The notes beneath the pieces are model-generated. The model was not told where the DNA came from, did no database searches, and saw only the letters and a list, made by a program, of their open reading frames with translations. Shown one piece after another: positions 55,016 through 64,000 of a stretch of DNA of 64,000 bases. The position numbers and the translations under genes were made by a program. Position 1 is the first letter of the stretch, and every line of letters begins with the position of its first letter. Origin of the DNA: the human T2T-CHM13v2.0 reference genome, Homo sapiens; NCBI RefSeq assembly GCF_009914755.1, contig NC_060936.1, one strand, 5' to 3'.

Positions 55016-57589
55016 AAATTTATGATGGTTTATAAAAGCAAGATATAAAAAGCCCATGACTAGCTTTTTGTTATTAAAAGATCACTCTAGCAAAAGGGAA
55101 AGATATTTGGAAGGAGGCAGACACAAAAATAATGGGGAGAACAGATCAGAAGATACAGAAGATAAATTAGGAAGTCTTGACCCCAAAACATGTCAAAAGG
55201 CATCAGTTGAAACAATGTTCTCGTTATATATCAGTCTAATCTACAAAGATATAAAATTAAAATCTATAGGAATCAGAATAATAATCACTTATGTATGTGG
55301 AGGTATTGAATACTTTTCACATAGTCATAAGTAAATTTAGGCACTTTTTAAAAATAAAATGCTAAAAAAAGGACATGAAAACAATTTTCTCAAAATAGTT
55401 ATTTTTGTTACAAAGCTTTTGCAATAAAAAAAAAGACTATCCTAATTAGCATTCAATTTTGCAACAATAAGTGGAAATGGCAGGTTGTACCTTTCCCTTT
55501 AGGATACAGCTCCTCGAGGCTTTCCTATCTGTTCTGCTTTTGTTGGAGGCAATTTCTCCATTTCAATCTGTAAATGGGTTCTACCTCCATGTCATGTTTC
55601 ACTTGCTCTGTGTGCTAAGAAAATGCTAAATGTTAGAACTGAGAAATGAGATGCCATAATGGTAGTTCTGCTTCTTGTGTTGTCATGTTCTAAATATTGA
55701 AGAAGAGTATCTAGCTAAAAATAATTTTCCAGGTATCGAAGTCAATGTTGCTATTAAAGCACCGAAGTGCTTATGTATCATTCCACAGTTGCCAAACAGA
55801 TCTACCATAGGGTTTCAGAATATCCCCTTGACTATATAACAAGAAATATGGAAATCTTCTTAAATACAAAAAAGCTTTTAATATTGAGAAGTATTATATG
55901 AATTTGTAAAACTAAATAAAAATGCACAATGCTCTAATTTTTGCTTAAAGATGTTTTGTTTTAAAGAAAAAAATGCCAGCATTAATAAGATAAAATCTTA
56001 AAAATGAATGTAAACAAGAGATTCATGTAATAAAGATGGTGGGACATGAGGGGAAGGGATGGGATTTGCTTCTGTCCAGGATATATTAATACCTACACAT
56101 ACCTGTATGTTTTTATATAAAAATGGTCATCTATCACAAAATGTATCTGCCACATGTGTGCTTGATATGACTTGATAATTTTTATTTTGTTTCATTTTGG
56201 TTTGCTCTTGTTTTGCTAGTCATCCACTAGAAAAAAAAAAGAGATCTCAAATTAAAAAGCTGATTAAGAAGAATCTCAGAGTTCCTTGTCAATATTGGTT
56301 AGGTAAACATTCTCATTTTATTGGAAGAAAACTGATGCTCAGAAAGCTGAAGCAGTTATCAAAAGTCACATATTATCAAATCTGAGCATTAAATGTACAT
56401 TTTGTACCACCTCTTTCGTGACTCTTTATCCAATGTATTTTGCCTTTTGAGGGAGGCAGAGGAACACAGTAAAAATATCACTAGTCTAGCAGATTAAACA
56501 AACAAATAAAACAACTTGTCTTGAGATTTGGTTTTCTCCCTGACTAAATGGATAACCTTGGGTAATGCATTTGAATTTTCAGGACTCCAGCTTCCTTGCA
56601 TAGGTAGAAACCCTACCATGGCAAAGTACTAAATGAGATATAAAATCATTTTTATATGGTGATTTTCTGCAAAAGGAATTCTAAATTTTCAAAACTTCAA
56701 GCTGGCATCCTGTAATCATCAATATAGAATTACAATATAGATGTAGAGAGTTCTACACTAAGTGTTAAAGTGCATGAGACTTCGGAAGAATGAAAGATCA
56801 CTTATTTCTGTCTCATTTACACCCATTTACTCATATTCTGAAGAAAACCTTCCCTCATTTTAGTAAAAACTTGTGAATCAAAATATGCTGAAAACATGAA
56901 GGAAAAATCTCCACTGGAAAATCCACAGAATCTCAAACTTAACATCCTCCAAAATAAACTTGTTATCTTTAAGCCTTCTCTTCTTCCTATAATCTGAATT
57001 TTTTTTTCCTTTTTTCAGCTAGAAACCTCACTCATCTTTTGTCTTGCCTTCTTTGCTTCCCAATTTTAACTATTCTTCTGTCATACTCCTTCTATTTCAG
57101 GACTTCCATTTTAACCCTCTTACTCTAATGTAACAAATACATAGTCCTCTAAACCATATGCCCTGTCACCCCTTTACCTCTTTACCTCAGGCCACAATGC
57201 ACACTCTCTTTAGTTTATCCATGAACTTTTAAAGAGGTTCCACTGCTTCTCTCCCCTAGTCATTTCCTCATTATTGTGTATTTCCCACTGTACTCTATGA
57301 CAAATTAAAATCCAAACCCTTTCTCATGATCTAAGGAGCCTTTACCAATAAAATCATACATATTTTTCTGAACCTAACTGCCCTACCTTCATCTTCTCAC
57401 CTTTCCTTTCCCTCATCCCCTGAACAACTCTTGCTACATTTCTCATTATTCTTGAACTTTCATATTTTTTCATGACTCATGCCTCAGTACATGCCCTCAA
57501 TGTCCAGGAAGGTTTCCCTTTACTTTTCTGACTCATTATTCATTCTTTAACTTGAGCTATATCATTGTTCTTTATCCTCTCTTTCTGTA

Positions 57590-60370
57590 TTGCAGTTTTC
57601 TTGAGATATAATTCACACACATAATTCAGCAATATTAAAGTGTACACGTCAATGGTGTATTAGTGTCCCATTCTATGGGTACCAATTTACTGTAGTAGTT
57701 TGTTTTCATGCTGCTGATAAAGACATACCCAAGACTGGGCAATCTACCAAGGAAAGAGGTTTAATGGAGAACTCAGTTCCACATGGCTGGGGAAGCCTCA
57801 CAATCATGGCAGAAGGCAAGGAGGAGCAAGTCATATCTTACATGGATGGCAGCAGGAAAAGAGAGAGCTTGTGTAGGGAAATTCCCATTTTTAAAATCAT
57901 GAGATCTCAGACTTATTCACTATTAGAAGGACAGCATGGGAAAGACCCAACCCCATGATTCAATTACCTTCCACCAGGTCCCTCCCACAACACACGGAAA
58001 TTCAAGGTGAGATTTGGGTGGGGCCATAGTCAAACTATATTATTCCACACCTGGCCCCTCCCAAATCTCATATCTTCACATTTCAAAACCAATCATGCCT
58101 CCCCAACAGTCTCCCAAAGTGTCAACTCATTTAAGCATTAACTCAAAAGTCCACAGTCCAAAGTCTCATCCAAGACAAAGCAAATCCCTTCCACCTACGA
58201 GCCTGTAAAATCAAAAGCAAGTTAGTTACTTCCTAGATACAATGGGGTACAGGCATTGGATAAAAACAGTCATTCCAAATGGGAGAAATTGGCCAAAACC
58301 AAGGGGTTACAGGCCCCATGCAAGTCCAAAATCCAGTAAGGCAGTCAAATTTTAACACTCCAAAACGATCTCCTTTGAATCCATGTCTCACATCCAGGTC
58401 ATGCTGATGCACGAGGTGGGCTTCCATGACATTGGGCAACTCGGCCCTTGTGACTTTGCAGGGTATAGCCCCCCAGACCTCCCCAGTTGCTTTTAGGGGC
58501 TGATGCTGAGTGTCTGTGGCTTTTCCAGTCACACAGTGCAGACCTTTGGTAGATCTACCATTCTGGGGTCTAGAGAATGGTGGCCCTCTTCTCACAGCTC
58601 CACTAGGTAGTGCCTCAGTAGGGACTCTGTGTAGGGACTCCAATCCCACATTTCTCTTCCACATTGCCTTAGCGGAGTTTCTCCATGAGGGCCCTGCCCC
58701 TGCAGCAAACTTCTGCCTGGGCATCCAGGCATTTCCATACATCCTATGAAATCTAGGCGGAGGTTCCCAAACCTCAATTCTTGACTTCTGTGCACTGGCA
58801 GGATCAACACCACATGGAAGCTGCCAAGGCTTGGGGCTTCCACCCTCTGAATAAACACCCTGAGCTGTACCTTGGCCCCTTTAAGTAACAGATGGAGTGG
58901 CTGGGACACAGGGCACCAACTCCCTAGACTGCACACAGCAGAGGAACCCCGGGCGTGGTCCACAAAACCATTTTTTTCCTCCTAAACTTCCAGGCCTGTG
59001 ATGAGAGGGCCTGCTGCAAAAGTCTCTGACATGCGCTGAAGATATTGTTCCCATTGTCTTGGTGATTAATATTCAGCTCCTCGTTACTTATGCAAATTTC
59101 TGCAGCTGGCTTGGATTTCTCCCTAGAAAATGGATTTTCTTTCGATCGCACTGTCAGGCTGCAAATTTTCTGAACTTTTATGCTCTGTTTCCCTTTTAAA
59201 ACTGAATGCATTTCACGGCACCTAAGTCACCTCTTGAATGCTTTGCTGCTTATAAATTTCTTCTGCCAGATACCCTGAATTATCTCCCTCAAGTTCAAAG
59301 TTCCACAGATCTCCAGGGCAGGGGCAAAATGTCACCAGTCTCTTTGCTAAAACATAACAATAGTCACCTTTGCTCGAGTTCCCAACAAGTTCCTCCTTTC
59401 CATCTGAGACCACCTCAGCCTGGACTTTATTGTCCATATTGCTATCAGCATTTTGGTCAAAGCCATTCAACAAGTCTCTAGGAAGTTCCAGACTGTCCCA
59501 CATTTTCCTGTCTTCTTCTGAGCCCTCCATACTTTTCCAACCCTTTCCTGTTATCCAGTTCCAAAGTCACTTCCACACTTTCGGGTATCTTTTCAGTAGT
59601 GCCCTACTTTACTGGTACAAATTTACTGTATTCGTTCATTCTCATGCTGCTGATGAAGGCATATCCAAGACTGGGCAATTTACCAGTGAAAAGGTTTAAT
59701 GGAGAGCTCATTTTCATGCAGCTGGGGAAGTCTCACACTCATGGCGGGAGGCAAGGAGAAGCAAGTCACATCTTATGTGGATGGAGGCAGACAAAGAGAG
59801 AGCTTGTGTAGGGAAATTCCCACTTTTAAAACCATCAGACCTCATGAGACTTATTCACTATCACAAGAACAGCACAGGAAAAACCCGCACCCATGATTCA
59901 CTTTCCTCCCACCAGGTCCCTCCCACAACACATGGGAATTCAAGATGAGATTTGGGTGGGGACACAACCAAACTATATCAAGTGGTTGTTAGCACAGTCA
60001 TTATCTTCTGCAACTAGCACCAGAATTTTTTTCCAGAAAATTCTCATCATCTCAAGAAGAAACCCCATACATACTAGCAGTCACTACCATTCAACCAGTC
60101 AACTCTGGGCAATCACTAATTTACTTTCTGTCTCTATAAATTTGCCTATTTTGGACATTTTATATAAATGGAATCATTCCAAATATGGCCTTTGTGTCTA
60201 GCTTCTTTTATATAGCATAACATGTTCAAGGTTCGTTCATGTTGTAGTATGTATTGGTACTTCATTCCTTTTTATGGCTGACTAATATCTGTTGTATGGA
60301 TATACAGCATTGTGTTTATTCCTTAATTGATCAACATTTGTGTTGTTTCCACTTTTTGGCTACTATGGAT
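57590..60370 (-). mobile_element. L1MB-type 3' end split by the THE1 provirus (57590-57655 and 59981-60370)
   Basis: ttgagatataattcacacac...aagtgtaca continues after THE1 as ...ggcaatcactaatttactttctgtctctataaatttgcctattttggacatt. Confidence 0.8.
57656..59980 (-). mobile_element. THE1A/B MaLR provirus: 3'LTR 57691-58042, internal 58043-59626, 5'LTR 59627-59980, plus 35-bp extra junction
   Basis: Two homologous LTRs of about 350 bp; THE1-int ORF remnants (58233-59530); 5-bp TSD AATGG/AGTGG at 57651-57655 and 59981-59985. Confidence 0.93.
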
Positions 60371-60479
60371 TATACTTATTGTACTTATTTTCAAGGTATA
60401 TTTAATTTGTGTTTTATTACTATTACTATAAAGCTTCTAATAAGTGCCTTTCTCTATTCTTGGGCCCCCCTTTGTGAGA

Positions 60480-63170
60480 AAACCATTCTTAATTTTTAGC
60501 TTTTTCTTCTGATTTTTGCATTCATTTTCAATGTAAGCCATTCCTTTTCTTCAATTTTAGACAAATCTATTTATATTCTACCAGAGAAGAGAAGAATTTA
60601 TCACTTTTCTATCCTATCTATACTTTATTCCTCTCTCTCCATGTTCTTTAGAAAATTTCTTTCAAAAGTTTCTGTTATTTCAATATACAGCATATAAATC
60701 GCTGTCTATGTAAACATTGTTCACAGCTGACCTCACTGGATTCGTACATTATTTATGGCCATATAATCCTTACACTTAATGCAGGTAATATTACATATGA
60801 ATGTATATGAGTGTGTATGTGTGTGTACGTGCATAGCAAATATCTTGGTCTTTTTTTTAGTCTATTGTCTGTAAAAATTCACAGAAGTTTTATCAAAGCC
60901 TTCTTTTAATTAAAAAAAAATAGTTCCCCTCTCTGTGAGTTCTTAGACCTTGGTCTTATCCTTCTCCCTTCCTCTTACTATTTTTCTTAAAAAAAAAATT
61001 GTGTTCCATTTTCATTGATGCATTCTCTTTCTCAGATTACTTTTCCTATTTGTTGATTTTGATGTCTTCTGTATTTCTAGAATTTTCTCAAATGATCTCA
61101 AATAATCTGTGGCTGTTCATTCATAACTTTCAATAAAATAGAAATCATAAGTTAATCTTTTTGGTACCGTTTTTTTCTTCAGAACATCTCTCTTGAATAG
61201 TACCATATTGCAGCTATCATCTTGACTGATTATTCTCAGTCTGGTGCACAGCCTTCATTATGGGAATTTTTGTGATGACTCTCCTGTATGCCATGTCTTT
61301 CAATTTTGGTCTACTCCATGGGAGCAGACTGTTAGTGCTTACTAAAAAATGTTTGTGAGAGGTATTTTTTTGTAACATGTACATAAAAAAAAGCTTTATT
61401 CTACATTCACACTTAATGGATGGTTTGACTGAATATAAAATTCTAGATTGAAAATTATTTTTACACAATTCTAAAAGCAATAATTCATCTTCTTTTAGCT
61501 TTCCTTAATGCTATTAAGAATTCCAAGGTCATCCTGATTGCAAATTCGTTTTATATTAACTACTTTTTCCACGTAGCATTATCTATTTGTCCCGAGCATT
61601 CGAAATTTCATTATTTTCACCAGTGTGTCTTTTTTCTATTTTAACCAGTGTGTGTTGACAGATCCTTTAAATATGGAAATCATGCCCTTATTTTTTGGTG
61701 ATTTTATTTCCTTAAATGCTTTCATAGGTGATATCTTCTAGGTGTCCTTTGCTCTCTCTTTTTGGAACACATATTACCCAAATACTGGGCATCCTGGGTT
61801 AATTTTATAATTTACTTCTATTGAGATTTTCACTTCCAGATTTGCATTTTTAAATTCAATAACAACAAAAAAGGGAAGAGAAAGGGAAAACACAGAAACA
61901 AAAACAAAAACCCAAAAGAGGTAACTTGAAAGATGGTGGACAAATGGTAATTGTCTTACCATATCTGAGAAATTTGATTAATAAGGATTGATAAAAGACA
62001 AATCCAACCCAATTTATACTGCAACCCAATTTAATCTCCCTGTGTCATCTTAGGAATCAGCAGCACCTGGTTTTTTAAAGGGTGAATTAAAGATGGAACT
62101 ACATTAATTAGTTAAAATTTTCAGAAACCATCAAATCTCCAGTTCATTCCTCACAAAATAACTTGAATGTTCCCAATTTTCGCAATTTGTTTGTTTCACA
62201 GTACAAATTGTCTTACCTCTCCCAAGTTTGCTTTCTTAGAATAGCCCCTGATCCCTGTGTGGCTTGCTTCTACTTACTTCTTTTAGGCGGTAACTTTCAT
62301 ATTAGTGGCTTCTTCAGAGGTCTGGCCATCCTTGGTTATATGCTCATATTTAAGAATGTGGGACTGAAATAGTGTTTGTAAAGCTATTGAGTAATACACG
62401 GTTGGGGCTTGTCAGCTATGTGTTTTATCATAGGAAGATTAGACTGGCCTGTTTATTTATAAAATCTTGATGTCAATATATTTAACTATTTTCCATTGGA
62501 ATGATTATATTACGTAAATAAGACTTTTTCAATTTTTTGTCTGCCAAGTGAAAGCATGGTTACCATTGTTCTGGCAAATATGTTGAAAAAATCTATGAGT
62601 CTCAAAATCCAGTCTGTACACATTCTACTAATCCCCCTATTTATGATAGAGAACCTAGGACTTCCATTGTGTTTGGTGTCACTAAGTCCAAGAACAAGTG
62701 GCAAACAAAAGGTCCTCTACCTTCTGCAGAAGGAAACTATTAAGTCTTCTTCTGGGTTGTGAGAAATCTCTAGACTGTGAAGAGTTAGGGAAGGGATTTG
62801 ACTGTTCAATTATTTATTACATTTTCAAGTAATGCACCTTATTTACCCCCCTTCCCTTCATCTCCTCTCACAGTAGAACCTGGTCTTCTCATTTTCTGTC
62901 TTTAGGTGATCCTCTGCATAAACCATGCTGAATCTTAGCCTTATTAATCCCTATTCATGAGTCAACTTTCTCAAACGTGCTAGTCAATTACCACTTACCC
63001 ATCTGTTTTCCCGGCTTCCAAATTTTTCTTGTGATGTTTTCTCCTTTCCTGTTTTCCCATTATCTATGGGTTTATTTTTCAAAAAACAGCATGCTTTTGT
63101 ATTTACAGTGGGAGTTTGGTTTGGAGTAAAATTAGATTTGTGTGTTTTCAATCAGCCATTTTACACAGCA
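60480..63170 (-). mobile_element. Ancient L1M 5'/ORF1-region relics
   Basis: ORF 61217-61480 NNFQSRILYSVKPSIKCECRIKLF resembles the L1 ORF1 C-terminus; very diverged. Confidence 0.55.
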
Positions 63171-63199
63171 GTCCCTATGGCTTTCAATATAGATTTCCA

Positions 63200-64000
63200 A
63201 TGACAACTACCACTTTTCCTTGTAACTTTTTCTATCCCTCTCTTTTTCTTTTCATCTAAACAAACAATGAACTGCTTTCTGTCACTTTGCATTAGTTTGC
63301 AATTTCTAGAATTGTATATGTAAGGAGTCACACAACATATAGCCTTTTTGTCTACCTTTCACGCAATATAATTATTTTGAGATCTATACATGTAGTTGCC
63401 TGTATCAATAGCGTGAGACTTTTTTATTGCACAGTAGTATTCCATTGCACATTGAATATATATTCATTGAATATATTGCATTTCATTGTGGGAATACAAT
63501 TGTTTATATATCCACCCATAGATGGACATTTCAGTTGTTTGTTTTGGACTGTTACAAAATAAAGCTACGATAAACATTCATATATAAGTTTCATACAGGC
63601 ATATGCTTTTATATCTTTTCTTTAAATATTTAGAAATAGAATGGCTAGATCATATGTAGGTATATGTTTCAGTTTTTTAAAACTACCAAACTGTTTCCCA
63701 AAGTGGCTGTATCATTTTAAATTTTCACCTTCAGTGCTTGAGTGTTCCAGCTCCTCTATATCCTCACCAAAACTTGTTATGGTCAGTCTTTTAATTTTAG
63801 ACGTTCTAATTTGAGTGTAAGGGTATAACATGATTTAACTGACATTTTCCTAAAGACTAATGGTGTTGAGCATCTTTTCATGTGTTGATTTGTCATTTTT
63901 ATATCTTTAGTGATGTTTGTTCAAATACTTTGCTCCTTTTTTATTGGGTTGTTTGTTTCCCTATTATTTAAGAGTTTTTTATTTATTGTGGATACAAAAC
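63200..64000 (-). mobile_element. L1MC/L1MB-type 3' region, running off the window
   Basis: ctgctttctgtcact...gatggacatttcagttg...gaatggctagatcatatg...gttgagcatcttttcatgtg. Confidence 0.8.

Noticed and set aside
58233-59699. Cluster of 95-169 aa ORFs
   Set aside because: All lie inside the THE1 internal region or LTR; broken MaLR ORF remnants and antisense frames

Overview
AT-rich, CpG-poor primate (catarrhine, human-like) genomic DNA, intergenic or deep intronic. I find no intact host protein-coding gene, RNA gene or CpG island. Roughly half or more is interspersed repeat: a near full-length dead L1PA6/7 with two nested Alus, truncated L1PA7, L1PA8, L1PA10 and L1PA15/16 copies, a two-LTR THE1 provirus, solo LTRs (MLT1A, MLT1G/H, LTR47-like, partial MER31), Alus, MIR/L2/L1M relics, MER102 and a MADE1 MITE. 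Nearly all long ORFs are repeat-derived. The main finding is a 235-bp L1-machinery insertion at 42527-42761 with a perfect 16-bp TSD, AATAAA and a poly(A) tail. Its body is the ANTISENSE of an unspliced RNF141 exon-intron junction, so it looks like an orphan 3' transduction or antisense-RNA retrocopy, and it forms a ready-made minus-strand cassette exon. Other notable items: a 273-bp near-identical non-tandem duplication carrying a PBX-MEIS decamer; a 50-nt tailed hairpin RNA retroposed into an L1; an extra PBS-side/LTR-end junction on the THE1; and two L1s lacking TSDs, suggesting deletions. Subfamily and gene calls come from recalled consensus sequences, not from a database search.
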